A stretch of DNA of 64,000 nt from the human T2T-CHM13v2.0 reference genome, Homo sapiens: assembly GCF_009914755.1 (NCBI RefSeq), contig NC_060944.1; one strand, given 5' to 3'. Below the pieces are notes generated by a model that saw nothing but the letters and a program-made list of their open reading frames with translations, had not been told where the DNA came from and did not search any database. Below, piece after piece: positions 31,834 through 47,865 of this stretch (its first letter is position 1; every line of letters starts with the position of its first letter). The position numbers and the translations under genes were made by a program.

Positions 31834-32413
31834 AACATGTTATAAAAGTTGAACGCCGGCCAAAGGAAGGGATTTTTTTTTTTTTTTATGTTGCATGCGC
31901 TGCCAAATACTTTCACTCTAGTACCACCCCCACACCCCCGGGACACAGAATAGAAATAGAAACTGTTGAAGTAGTTCATATTATGTGGAGGTTACAACTT
32001 CAGATCTATAAGAAAATACAAAGGACAGGAAACCCAGCTATGAATGCTTCCATTCACAAATGCGGTTCCGTCCTCATTGGGCAGCTGTTACCTTCATCTT
32101 CTTTAAGAGACTTGAAATGAGGCAGCGCTCCAATCTTTAACGCCTGCTCATGCCGTCATGCCTGGTCACACCTAGTCACTCCTGGTCTCCTACCAGCAGT
32201 CTCAGAGAAACAGAAACAGCACAAGAAGGACTCCGAAGGGCACAGTGTGTGTGGAACACAGGCATTTTAATCATCTGGCAGTATCTGATAGTAAAATTCT
32301 AAGTGTCCTCATTTTTTCGGCCCATTTTCATGATGGTGAATTTGAGACCAAAAGTACTTTTTGTCATTTGGTTAACTCTAATTCAGTTGGAAATATGGGA
32401 AAGAAATCGCCTA

Positions 32414-32851
<438 letters not shown>

Positions 32852-32980
32852 TTACTCCAACATCAAAAATGGTGGCAGTTGGCACAAACCTTTCCCCCAT
32901 GAATACTAGCTTTGGAAGAAATGTAGGTATGGGAAGTTAAAAATATATATAATTATTCTGAAAGGTCTGGGCATGTAACC

Positions 32981-33257
32981 TTTTTTTTTTTTTTTTTTTT
33001 TTTGAGACAAGGTGTGACTGTCACTCAGGCTGAAATGAAATGCAGTGGTGCTATCTCGGCTCACTGCAGCCTCAACCTCCTGGGCTCAAGCACAATCCTC
33101 CTACCTCGGCCTCCTGACTAGCTAGGACTACAGGTGTGCACCACCATGCCCAGCTAATTTGTGTTTATTTTTTGTAGAGGTGAGGTCTCACTATGTTGCC
33201 CAGGCTAGTCTCAAACTCCTGAACTCAAGGGATCTACCCCCCTCAGCTTCCCAAATT
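32981..33257 (-). mobile_element. AluJ-like, 5'-truncated
   Basis: Poly-T followed by a diverged reverse Alu. Confidence 0.9.
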
Positions 33258-34219
33258 TCTGAGAAAGTGTAACCAAGGCCTCCCCTCAGAAGTCTCCCTG
33301 GAGAAGCTTCAGTTGGAGTGAGGTGGTTGGGGGTGGAGATGGGGGCAGAGTTTCTTATCTCGAGTCTGCTATAAATTCTCCCATTTAAAAGTAAAATTTG
33401 CCTGAACTCTGAGGCTGCATGTAAGACACTTAGACTATCATTACATTAATGAATCTGAGTATTTCCTTTGAGTGCACACATTAGAACTACTACAGCCAGC
33501 CCTCATTTCTCACTGCTGGGGAACGGGGGTGGTCAGATCCTGCCACCTGTGGAGAGGGGCTCAGAACCTGAGGACCACGGGTGGCCAGGGAGGAGCTCCT
33601 AGACGGCCTTCACCTCTGTAACCAGCCTTCGGTTTCCTGGGGGAAATATCACTACACATAATTAGCTCCATTGCTTCCCTTTCTTCCCATTTCCCCACCA
33701 TGATTCTGTGGGCTGGGTTTTCCCTCACGTAGTAGGTTTGAGGGTGCTCTTAACTCTATTCCAAGCCTCCTTGCCAAAAAGCAGGCTCTGATCCTTTTCA
33801 CAGTTTGTTTCTTCAGTTCCAACCAGAGACTCAAAAAGTGTGAACCCGGCCCCACTGCAAACATTACCCGCCCACACTATCTGTCACCAAGACCCAGTGT
33901 CCGTTGTTCCATTTGAATAGGTGGCTCTCAGCTTTGGCTGTCAGCTTGAAGTCACCCGGAGCCTTTTAAAACTCCCAATGCCCCAGCTGCCCAGACCATC
34001 AGAATCTCTGCAGAGGCGACCCAGCCAGCCATATTTATTTTAAACTTCCAAGGTGCTTCTGCTGTGAAAACTACTAGTTTAGATCAAAATCTGGATTTTA
34101 ATATAAAAACACACCTGCGAGAAGTAACACCTTTGCCTAACCAAGACCACTGACACCTAACCAAGCATGCATTCTCAACCTGATTTGGCTGGCAGAGGAC
34201 CATGGAACATGTACTTCTA

Positions 34220-34545
34220 GCCTGGTGCTATCCCGTAGAAATACGAAGCAAGCCACATAATAGGTAATTTTACATTTACTAGTGGCCACATTTTTAAAAA
34301 TCAAGAAGAAATATGTAGAATCAATTTTAGTAATTTTATTTAGCTCATGATATCTCAAATATATTTCAACAACCAATCAATTAAAAATATTAAAGAGGCA
34401 TTTTACATTTTTTTATTTTTTATATTGTCTTCAAAGTCTTGTGTGCATTTTGCACCTACAGCACATCTCATTTCACACTGGCCATGTCTTAAATAACCAA
34501 TAGCCACATGTGGCTGGTGGCTACCATATTGGAGAGTGCAGTTCT
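34220..34545. mobile_element. MER33-like hAT DNA transposon
   Basis: Ends ...aatagccacatgtggctggtggctaccatattggagagtgcag. Confidence 0.75.
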
Positions 34546-34991
34546 AGCATATCAACTAGGGATGATCTTAAAAGTTAAAAAAAAAAAAACGGTATGTGTA
34601 TATAAAATAAAACACATTCACAGGTTACATCTACAAAGGAACAGACACATGCATCCTGTCAAACGTATGTACCTATTACTAGCCAAGGATGAAAATAGCA
34701 TCTTGCCTCTTCAGGCACTGCTGTAAGGCAAACATAAATTGATCCATGCAAAGTGCTTAGAACATCCAGGCACCACACCACAAGCACTGTTAAATGTTAC
34801 TTATTATGATTATTAGATAATCGACTGCTTTGGCATTTCACCCCTACTGCTTATTTCTGCTTACCCATTCATGCTATTATCTGCTGGCAAGTTTCTTGTG
34901 AAACAGAAGAAAGGCAGTAATGGGTATCAAAGGTTTAAGAAAAATGTACTGGGGCGGGTTGCTCAATGTAGGAAGATCAAACATAAAGTGA

Positions 34992-35313
<322 letters not shown>

Positions 35314-36795
35314 TAACTTTATTGTTGTTACTGCTGACGGTGGTGATGGCGGTGATGGTGGTGTGTGCGTGTGAGTTGGGAGTAGCTCATTTTCCCCAGT
35401 ATTCAATGCTGGTCAAGAGCATCATCAGGGCCCATAGCCAGGGGTGACTTTCGCCAAGAAGGGAGAAGGGAGCAAGGGAGGTTGCAAAGACGTCTTGCTA
35501 GCTTCCCAGTCACGGGCAGATCGAAATCCTAAGAGGAACCATCTCTGCCTGCACAAGAGTCTAAAATAGTATTTCCCAAAAAGGAATTATTATTTAAGTA
35601 AAAGCATAATTATAGTCAGTGATTATTTTAACCACTTTCCTCCACCTTTTTCCCCTTTTACTTTATTATATTCACGAATTTATATGTCCATTTATATCAT
35701 TTAACAGGACTATTGTTTAAAACTTGGTGCTTTACCAAGAAGAATACAGAGGTTGACGTGATTAATTCTTTTTATTTCTGATGTGCGTGCTTCCGATTTC
35801 TCACCACTTCTACAAATTATGAGAGAATGCATTTATTTACCAGATTGCAGTTTCCGTCCATTTTATCTTTCTCACTCCCATTTTTCTCTGCAGCCTATTG
35901 ATGTACGATCATATGCAGAAAAGACTTATGCATCTATTATCTACTGAAAGAAAAACTACAGAAAACAATAAAATGCTAGAGACTCTTTAACCAATCAGAA
36001 AAAAATACGTAAGTGAAGCAGCTACGACATCACAAAGCTTCTATTTTTCGCTAGCACATGAAAATATGAGACCTGACAAATTGCAAACTCTCATTGAACA
36101 GATAGTTTAGGGTTTTGCCTTGAAAACCATAGTCCACGGATCAAGCATCACATCTTTTGGGAGTTTGTGAGAATCTCAGACCCCTGGCAGACCTGCTGGA
36201 TCAGAATCTGCATTTTAACAAGATTCACGAGCACATTAGAGTTGGCTTGAGAAGCATTAGTTCAAGGTATATTTGGGGCCTTGGCATTTGTGCAGCTGAT
36301 ACAAATACACAAATGTAGGAGGTGTGCTGCTCTTAGAACCCTGCAGGAAAGGAGAAGAAAATAGCTCATAATTGTTTTGCTAAGAGTAAGGCATAACTTC
36401 ATTTAAAATCACCTACATTATGGACAAAAGGCTTAACAAACAAATGTCAGGAACCAAGTTTTTACCTCATTATATATATTCAATTATGTTCTTCTTGCTT
36501 TGACAGGGAAAAGGGGCTTGAAGGGCGTGGGGAAAAGATTCTGAAAATTAGGTGGGATTGCTGAAGTCAAACTTAATGATTTTGCTGAGTTTGCTGGAGA
36601 GTGGCTTCTCTCACCTCCAACATCTGTATGAGGGCAAACAGGAGCAGCGGAGGGGGATCTCTCTGTCCGGGCCAGCTGCTTGCACATGCATGTGTGTGCA
36701 CGCACGGATGTCGTCATGTAGTCTGCACAATTAGTCACATTGTCTGCATGTGACATGGGAAGTTTATAAGCTTTTTTATTTTCTTAAAGAACAGC

Positions 36796-37097
36796 TGGTC
36801 CGGCCACAGTGGCTCACGCCTGTAATCCCAGCACTTTGGGAGGCCGAGGTGGGCAGATCACCTGAGGTCGGGAGTTTGAGACCAGCCTGACCAACATGGA
36901 GAAACCCCATCTCTACTAGAAATACAAAATTAGCCAGGTGTGGTGGCGCACGCCTGTAATCCCAGCTACTCAGGAGGCTGAGGCAGGAGAATGGCTTGAA
37001 CCCAGGAAGGGAAGGTTGTGATGAGCCGAGACTGTGTCGTTGCACTCCAGCCTGGGCAACAAGAGTGAAACTCTGTCTCAAAAAAAAGAAGAAGAAG
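36796..37097 (+). mobile_element. Alu (AluSp-like)
   Basis: gtcgggag...ctgaccaacatggagaaacc diagnostics; short TSD aagaacagc. Confidence 0.9.
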
Positions 37098-37614
37098 AAC
37101 AGCCAACTTCCTTTTAAAGGCATTTCATTCCCTGAGAATCTACTAATCATAAGACCCTTTTACTCACCAACTTCGAAAAACAAAGATGTGTTTAATAAAA
37201 CCTCTTCGGTGAGCAAGGAGTGGATGATTTAAAACATCGCTGGAAAAAGCTCCTGTGGAATCCCCAGCAGACAATTTCAAAGGGAAAGTATGGTGAATTT
37301 CGCAGAACTCTTTCATTTCTCCAGGTAACCATTGTGGACAATCCTGAGCCCTCATTTGTTTTTCCAGATGACACTGGTTTACTCACATGATTTTGCCTTA
37401 TGTTTTTCAAGGGGAAGGAGGATTTTAAAAGAATAAACACAATACATGGTTTTCAAAATCAAATATTGGAAGACTTGCAATGGAAGGCAGCAGCCCCTGA
37501 GCCTCCTCCCAATCCCATTTCTGTTATCTCCTCCCCTAAACTACGTCTCCAGCTGTGTATTCATTATTTATCTCCATACTTCTAAAAAGATGCTGATACT
37601 GCTGCTTATTGGTT

Positions 37615-37930
37615 TCTTTTTCTTTTCTTTCTTTCTTTTTTTTTTTTTTGGAGACAGAGTCTCACTCTGTCCCCCAGGCTGGAGTGCAGCGGCACGATCT
37701 CAGCTAACTGCAAACCACCTCCCAGGTTCAAGCAATTCTCCTGCCTCAGCCTCCTGAGTAGCTGGGATTACAGGCATGTGCCACCACACCCGGCTAATTT
37801 TTATATTTTTAGTAGAGAAGGGGTTTCACCATGTTGGCCAGGCTAGTCTTGAACTCCTGACCTGAAGTAATTCACCCACCTCTGCCTCCCAAAGTGCTGG
37901 GATTACAGGCGTGAGCTACCATGCCCGGCC
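37615..37930 (-). mobile_element. Alu (AluS-like)
   Basis: Reverse full dimer; short TSD tctttttc. Confidence 0.93.
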
Positions 37931-39372
37931 TCTTTTTCAATATTAGACATTAATAATTGATTCCATATCATGGAAGGTGAGGATTGAACCTTCTTGTATG
38001 GTGGTCCTCTCCTTAGGGTGACCATGTAGCAGCCTGGTCATATGTCAATGCCTGTGGGGCTTTTCTCCTGGGTCAGGTGGTTTCCCCACAAGAAAATTCT
38101 CCAGTATCCTACGGGCGCCGGGTGCAAAGTGGGGTTAAATTTTGTTGCCAGCGTTCTAGGAGCTAAGCAGGCAAGGAGCCTGTGGGTTTTCAGCTTTCCG
38201 TCTGCCAGCTTTCACCTCCTCCCATTTCCAATGCAGTGTCTCAACGTCACTTTTCGCTGCCTGTGCTCTGACGGCTCAGGGACATGGCTTCTGGGTCTCT
38301 CCAGGAGTGAGGCGCTCATCTTCTCCCTTCACTCACACCTGCCAGAGCTCATTCCTGAGCCCGCTCAGACGCTGCATAGGGAATCGATTGCCTTGCTTCC
38401 TGCTGGCTTTTCCGCCTGACATTGGTTAACATCTAGCTTTCTCCTGTCTGCTGAGTTTTCAAGCCCGCAAAATTTTGTTACCAGTTCCCATTGGCTGCTG
38501 TCTCCTCTTCCATTCTTTTTGTTCCTATGGATGTATGCCCTTTTAAAAATTCCTTTTTAAATTTTCTTTAATTCTCATTTTAGTGAGGTATTGGTAGGGG
38601 AAAGATAGGTAATGCAGCCTGCCTTGTTTAATTGAAACCTGTAGTTTTAATAAGAAAAAAAATAAATAATAAAATAATAAAGAAAGAAACCTGTAGTTTT
38701 ACATTTGAATGGTGAATGAACTTATACATCCTAGTTAGCAAAACTGAAAATAGATTATTACAATGATAGGCCAGAGTCAATGCATCTATCTTATCCAGTT
38801 ATTATTTTATATAAAAAATTTCTTATATGAAGTCATCCAAACATCCAAGCTGTTTAATTGTAAAGTATGCTGCCTAGGATATATCAAAATATATATTTAC
38901 TGTGCACTTTGTCCTTTCCATATAATCTGAAAGAAAAGAAACAGAGCAACAACAGATGAACCATCAAGCTGTTTGCTTGTTTTCAATGTGGAATTTTGCA
39001 ATGATGGATGTGAATCTGGGTCAGCACTGTTTACAGAGAGCACATGGTGTTTTGTTTCAATGAGCAGGAAAATGTTTGCCATTAAATGTGGTAAAAGCTT
39101 GTAGTTTTTTCCAACTAAGCAGTAAAAGAAATTACTCTGTGTAGAATGATAAATAAAGAGTTCTATGAGTCATCTTTAATGTAGGGGAAAATGTGCAGCC
39201 GGGATAGAAACAGTGTTTTACTGCCGGCTAAAAATAAAATCAAATGCACTGAAACAGAAGTCAATAACAGCATGTCCTAGAAGCCCAAGTAACTGTGGGG
39301 TTTAACGTAGTTCATGCTTTTCAAATATACTTCTTAAAATGATGGTGACAAAAATGGAAAGACTATGCTGAT

Positions 39373-39915
39373 CCTTCCTTCTTTCCTTCCTTCCTTCCTT
39401 CTGTCCCCTCCCCTCCCCTCCCACCATTATTTATCTCCATACTTCTAAAAATATGCTGATACTGCTGCTTATTGGTTTCTTTTCCTTTTTCTTTTCTTTT
39501 TTCTTTTTTTGAGACGGTGTCTCACTGTGTTGCCCAGGCTAGAGTGCAGTGGCACAATCTCAGCTTTCCTTCTCCCTTTCTCCCCTCCCCTCTCTTCCCT
39601 TCCCTTCCTTTCTTTTTTAAAAACACCATGCTGGAGTGCAGTGGTGCAATCATGGCTCACTGGAGCCTCAAACTCCTGGGTTCAAGGGATCCCCCTGGCC
39701 TTACCCTCCTAAGTAGCTGGGACTACAGACACATACCACCATGCCTGGCTATTTCTTCTTCTTTTCCTTCTCCTTCTCCTTCTTCTTCTTCTTCCTTTTT
39801 TTTTTTTTTTTTTTTGTTTTTGTTTTTTTGTAAAGATGGGGTCTCGCTTTGTTGCCCAGGCTGGTCTCCAACTCCTCAAGCAGTCCTCCCACCATAGCCT
39901 CCCAAAGTGCTGGTG
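39373..39915 (-). mobile_element. AluJ-like element with a CCTT/CCCCT microsatellite tail containing a 141-bp duplicated insert
   Basis: Pyrimidine repeats at 39373-39424 and 39566-39618 flank a copy of 37562-37705; Alu body at ~39630-39915. Confidence 0.8.
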
Positions 39916-40113
39916 ATTCTTCTGTTTAAAGTCAGATTTATTAAGGTATAAGTTTGATAAAGTAAAATTGACTCATATTAGTACACATTTGATGTATTTT
40001 GACAGACTCATTTGGTCATGTAGCCACCACCATGATCAGTCCCAGCCTGGGCAAACATTGGTCTGTTTTCTTCTGTTCCTATAATTCTGCCCTTTCAGAA
40101 TGTCATATAAATG

Positions 40114-40439
<326 letters not shown>

Positions 40440-41223
40440 TCACAGGGTACACAGACTTTTGATTCCGGCTTAAATATTCATACAGATGTTTTGATAAAAA
40501 CGTAACTTTTCGTTTCCCTGGGGTAAATGCCCAGGAATGCAATTGCTGGGTTAAGTGATAGTTGCATGTTTGCATGTTCAATTTGTAAAGAAACTACCAA
40601 ACTGTTTTCCAGAGGGGCTGCACCATTTTATATTCCCATCAGCTATGTATGAGTGATTCTGTTTTGAAGTTTTTAGTACATTTCAGTGTTAAACTGCTGA
40701 AATTGTCAGATTCACTAGGTTTAAAACACATGCACTGTTAAAAATGTTTTATTTCTGAAAGTGTTATAATTATATTTCTAGAAATGTTATAATTAGACTC
40801 CAGCATAAATTAAGTCGCTGATACAAGGGGGAAAAAAACTCATGCTGGCCTTATTCTTCTCCCCCAGAAACTTTAAACACCAGAAAACAATGGAGTAATG
40901 ATGTTTACAAAATCTTGGAGGAGAGAACATGGGATCCAGGAATATCCAGCCAATATTCCACTTGAGCATCCTAAGAGACAAGGGCGCTCTGTGAATAGAG
41001 CACCAGCACCATGAGCCCGAGGAAAAACAAAGCACAGCAAAGTCAAACAAACAAAAGCTCAGCAGAGAAACCCAGCCAACCCATACATGCATCAGAATGA
41101 AGAATGGAAAGGGAAAAGCTGTAAGAAGAAACAGGAATGACAATTACATCCACTCAATCATAGACTTAAAACCAAACAACTAGGTGATATATAGTTGAAA
41201 AACTGATGTGGCTTTATAGAGAA

Positions 41224-41885
41224 TGGTGGCACACGCCTATAGTCCCAGCTACTCAGGAGCTGAGGCACGAGAATCGCTTGAACTTGGGAGGTGGAGGTTG
41301 CAGTGAGCTGAGATGGTGCCACTTCACTACAGCCTGGGCAACAGAGAGAGACCCTCTCTCAAAAAAAAAAAAAAAAAGAAAGAAAGAAAAAGAAAGAAAG
41401 AAAAAGACCAGTCACGGTGGCTCACGCCTGTAATCCCAGCACTCCGGGAGGCCAAGGCTGGTGGATCACAAGGTCAGGAGTTCAAGACCAGCTTGGCCAA
41501 GATGGTGAAACCCCGTCTCTACTAAAAATGCAAAAAAAGTAGCCAGGCATAGTGGCGGGCACCTGTAATCCCAGCTACTAAGGAGGCTGAGGCAGAGAAT
41601 CGCTTGAACTCAGGAGGCGGAGGTTGCAGTGAGCTGGGATCACACCACTGCACTCCAGCCTGGGCGACAGAGCAAGACTCTGTCTCAAAAAAAAAAAAAG
41701 GCCTCGTGTGGTGGTGCACACCTATAGTTCCAGCTACTCAGGAGGCGGAGGCAGGAGAATCCCTTGAACCCAGGAGGCAGAGGTTCCACTGAGCTGAGAT
41801 CTTGCCAGCGCTCCAGCCTGGGAGACAGAGCGAGACCCTGTCTCAAAAAAGCAAAAAAACAAAAAACAAAACAACACAAAAAAAG
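41224..41885 (+). mobile_element. Tandem Alu cluster (right arm + full Alu + right arm)
   Basis: Three consecutive A-tailed units ending at ~41406, ~41699 and ~41885. Confidence 0.9.
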
Positions 41886-41990
41886 AGTAAATAGTGCCCT
41901 AAATTGAAATTTCTATTAAAAAATCTGATTTTGACCATTAATTATCCTCATTAGGAGATTGAAATTACATTTAATACATATATAAGATAA

Positions 41991-42718
<728 letters not shown>

Positions 42719-44273
42719 TGATTTGTTTTTCTTCTGTTAAATTCAAGAAAAAAGTCAAGTACAGTAATACCTTATACTTCATAATCTATTAACATATATA
42801 ATTAGAATCCCTTTTAAGTAAAAGTCTCTTTCTCACTCCCCTTAATCTACATAGAGAGATGACTGAAATTATCTGAGAGTTAACATGGTTTATTCCCAGG
42901 TGGCAAAATTTTCAATGATTTGTTGCTTTATTCTTTGTACATTTCCACAAGTCTTTGATTTCTTAATAATGTGCATATATCCTTTTTATTAAAAAGTCTT
43001 TAAGAATGTAAATAGCCCTAAAAGGTATTTTTAAAACCCATAAAACAAGTGTGTCAACATGTAGACTTTTCTGGTTGAAGCAAGACAATAAGAGGAAAGG
43101 GAGGCGGCTTCCAAAGCCCCACCCATCTCCTCTAAGCTGCTCATCGGGGACTATGAGCAAACATCACCCCTCCAGAGCCATTTGTGCTAAGGTCTATGAT
43201 TGAGGGCTGTGCCTCTCCTAACTCTACATCTCCAGATTCTGATCCTTCAAAATGCAAGATACTTAATTTCATTATTTTTCTTAACAAACACTTATATGGC
43301 ACTTAAAATGTGGCAAGCACTGTTATAACTGCTTTACAAATATTAACTCATGTAATCTTCATAATAATCCAATGAAGTAGGTGCTATGATTATGCACCTT
43401 TTACAGAAACTGAGGCAAAGAGAGGTGAAATACCTTTGTTGAGAATGTGAATACCCTCTTTGTAAACTACCAAGGATGACATTATCTTCTGGGTAACCTG
43501 TGTGCCACTTTTTCACTCAGCTATTTAATCAATATTTGCTAGGCACTTACTGGCCACCCTTCGAGATGCTAATTCATAGGAGGCAATCAGCAATGGAAAC
43601 TGATAACAGTTTAAAAATAAGTAGACAAACAGGAGAGAAGGGAGAACCAGCTGGTGAATATCCAGGATATTCTCTGTACTGCCCTGCACGTTCCCCTGAC
43701 CCCATGTGTTGGAATGGCCACGTAGCTATAGGATATTTCTGATCTGTGCCTCAAAATCGGAATAATAATTCGTATCGGTGCTTGCAAACTGCTGGCCTAC
43801 AGCATCCAGTTTCTGCAGGGTTCCAATGCTACCTTTGTGTTAAACCCACAGTGTTTTTTTCTAAAAATCAAAATCATGTTTATTCCACCATTACCTAGAT
43901 ACAAACATAAAGTAGCTATAAACTTCTAATGTTTATAATACCAATGAATCAGAGCCAAAAATATTATAAAAACCTTCACTACTTCATAAGGAACAAAATT
44001 CAAATCAACATTAGTTCATGTCACACACAAAAAATTATGAAACACTTTGAAATGGCCAGAAAAAGATTACTGTTTAGTACACGTTTCCAGGTTTTCTCTG
44101 CTTTTTATTGTCTTTGACAATACAAAATTTTACAAATTTGTAAGCTGAGGAAAATTGATAGTAATGAAAATTTTTCTTGTCCATAAAATACAAATGCATA
44201 GTGTTATACAGTGCCCAGGAGAGACAGTGATTACAGCTCTGTGGATATTGACCAGTTTAACACTCATGTGTAA

Positions 44274-44483
<210 letters not shown>

Positions 44484-44864
44484 TAAAGGAATTTTTAACT
44501 TTTAATTTTAACTACTTTAAATTTAAAAACTGATGTTTGGTTCAGCGATTTGAAAACAGTATATTTGGAACCGCTTGGATATGAGAATCTGCTTTTTAAC
44601 CATACATTGATGAAATCTAAATAGAGAACAAGCATTTCCGATGACAGCTGCTCTCTCAGATTGAAATGCACTGCAAATGTAAAATACACACCGGATTTCA
44701 AAGTCTTTGCAAAAAAGAATGTAACATATCACATTCCTTTTTTTATTGATTGATTACATGTTGAGTATTGATTGGTTACATGTTGAAATGATATTTCGGG
44801 TATAATAAAGTGGGGTCAGGGAAAAATATTTTTCCCAAATAGGAAAAATAAATGGGTAAAATAA

Positions 44865-45223
<359 letters not shown>

Positions 45224-45334
45224 TTCTTTTTGTTTTTAAACGTGGTATTGACATTTTAAGATGACATCTGCAACTCGCAACACTGGGACAAGGGATTCTG
45301 GGTCATAAATTCTCCCATTCCTCATTTACTCTGC

Positions 45335-46260
45335 AGCACCGGGTGGCTGCGAACTCCGCTCTTCTGCTTGGGTTTCCGCATCACCAGCAGCTTCTTTCCT
45401 TCCCAGGTGTCGCCGCCTGCTTTCTGCAGCCGCTGCCTGGGAGGGGTTCCGAGGTTCTGGGCAGCCACAGCCCCGGAGGCCTTACAGGAGCGACCTGGCA
45501 ATTCCCGCCGCCGGCCGCCAGAGGAAGCTGCTTTGCTGCTGTCGTTGCCCAGCAACTCGTAGCCCGGAAGCAGTACCCCGTCTCGCTCGGTTCCGCGGCG
45601 GCCACGCTCCGGGAGACTTCCGGCAGGGCGGGCGCGGGGTCTTGGCGAACGGTCTTCGGAAGCGGCGGCGGCGCGATGACCACGCTACGGGCCTTTACCT
45701 GCGACGACCTGTTCCGCTTCAACAACATGTGAGTGACACGCGCCTAGGGCCAGCCGCTCTTGGCCGGGCCTCGCTTCCCGGCCCCGCCAGCTCCGGCCCC
45801 AGCCGCGCCTTCCCGGCCGGACCCCAAGCCCGGACGGGGACCCGCGAGAACCACCCCCCGCCGGCCAACGTGGGCGCCTCCCTGGGGCCACAGGGTCCAG
45901 GGAGAGGTGGGCCTGGAGTCGACGCACGCCGGCCTTGGCGACCTTGGCCGAGGTGCTCAAACTTTGTCTCTGGACCCTGCGAGCTGGCAGGTTCTGGGGC
46001 AGCGCTCGGGCCTCCGCTCGTGGTCGCTGTCAGGAGGCGCTGGGGTGATGGGGCGAGCTGGAGACGCGGCCTGGAGCCCACGACCTGGGCTTCTCGCCCT
46101 GCCCTACTGCTTGCTGGTTCGTGGCCGGGCCGCGCCTCTTCTGGGCAGAGGGCACCGCCGACGGCCAGGCCGCAGAGGGGGCTTGCGAGGATCGGAAGCT
46201 GGTCAGCAGCTGTTGGGATGTGTACATCGTGAAGCCCACCTGGTGGCCGTGGTTAAATTG
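45335..46260. promoter_or_regulatory. NAA20: NAA20 CpG-island promoter with ETS and GC-box motifs
   Basis: High GC and CpG density spanning exon 1. ACTTCCGG (ETS/GABPA consensus, reverse) at 45616-45623, CCGGAAG at ~45564, and a GGGCGG box at ~45626. Confidence 0.88.
45676..45728 (+). CDS. NAA20: NAA20 exon 1 CDS (NatB catalytic subunit, GNAT N-terminal acetyltransferase)
   Basis: gcgATGA start encoding MTTLRAFTCDDLFRFNN(I); donor AT|gtgagt. Confidence 0.96.
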
Positions 46261-47865
46261 TATCCAAATGAAATGACACTGATCACTGCGTCCCCTGCAG
46301 CAGATGCTGTCTCAGTCATGGTTAGTGTTTGCAAGTTTAGTTACTGTAGCTGCGCACCCCGGTGTACACACCTTTCCTCTGTGAGGAGTCACGGCAGATC
46401 TTAGGGGAGGCTCGCTGTGCCCAGAGCCCTGGATGCAGTTTCTTTGGATTCGAGTTAAGGCCAGACCTCTGATTTGCAGGTACCAATTTTTTTTTTTTAA
46501 GAAAACATTTTATTATGAAGATTCCCACACATTTAGAAAAGTTGGAGGAATTTCACCATGTGCTTTTATAGACACTTTTCCTGGATTCTGCAGTTAACAT
46601 TTTGCTACGCTGGTATCTCTCCTTCCTTCCCATCTATCAGTCCTGGATCCACTTTAAAAAAACAACAGGGCGGTATGTGAAAACTAAGGACAAAGTGGTT
46701 CCGATTCAAGTGTCAGGAAGATGGAAAGAACTATGGGATAAGATGGCTGGGAACATTTCAAAGAGGGGGTGAGCCTTGAAGATGGATAACACATTGGTAA
46801 GTGAGGAAGACGGAAGTTCCGGAGAAGGAGCGGGGCATGAAAATGGGGAAACTTGAAGTGCGGTCAGACAACTGGGATCAGTGCGAATCTAGTGGCTGGT
46901 TTCTGCCACTGAGCAGTCAGGAAGAAATGGGTGAAACAGGAGGGGTTTAGACTTGATCCTGTGGAAAGAATTTTCTGTTGGGCCAGTCTGGTAGCTACGG
47001 TGACTTGTGTTGAACTCACTGTTCCCTGCATTGTTCTGAGTGCCCACGTAATAATCCAGTTAATCCTCACGATTCTTTGAGGTGCTGTCACCCCCATTTT
47101 GTGTATGAGTAAACCAAGGCATGGCAAGCACAAGTGAATTGGCCCAGGTGAGAATGAGTAAAGCGAGGAACTTCATCCAAGGATATTGGCTCTGGAGCAG
47201 TGGTTCTGAAAGACTTGGTGCCTGTGGTCAGGGGACCATGTTAGAAACGCACATTCCGTTTGCGATCCACTGCTCTGGAGTGGGTCTTAACCCACCTGGA
47301 GCCTCTGGAGAGGCTCACCCTCTCTTTAAAGTGTTCCCAGCCATCTCATCCCATAGTCCTTTCTATCCTCCTGACCCTTGAATCGGAACCACTTGGTTTT
47401 TCGTTTTCACTTACTGCCCTGTTGTTTTTAAAAGTGGATCTAGGATTGATAGGTGGGCAGAGAGAAATGATGAAGCCAGTGTAGCAAAGTGTTCACTGTA
47501 GAATCCAGGTGATGGATTCAAATTCTTAACCACTGAGCTCTGTGGGCTGTCATGTGATGACAGCAGGTAAACTGGGCAGGTAAGCCATTCAGGAGGCCTT
47601 GGCAGTGGCCCAGAGACGATGACTTGACAGAGGCTTCAGTTTGGGAGGTGCAGCATGGGAGGTGACAGGGTGCCTTGAAGCTTCAAGAAAAGGCAGAGCC
47701 TCATGGAGAATCAGTTTTAACTGAAGATCTAGGAAAGGACAACAGTTTTACATGGAAATGAATAGAAAGAAAATACACAGGAACACTTGCAAGAAAATAT
47801 TAGATTTCAGAGAATCATGTGGCCTCTTCAGAAGGTGCCAGTAGGGGAACTCCACTTATTCCCCA

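Noticed and set aside
36665-36755. cacatgcatgtg palindrome and gtcacat...atgtgac inverted repeat
   Set aside because: Short purine-pyrimidine-rich symmetry expected by chance.
45642-46404. 196-aa and 214-aa ORFs in NAA20 exon 1/intron 1
   Set aside because: Low-complexity Pro/Gly/Arg ORFs expected in a CpG island; near-cognate starts and no domain.
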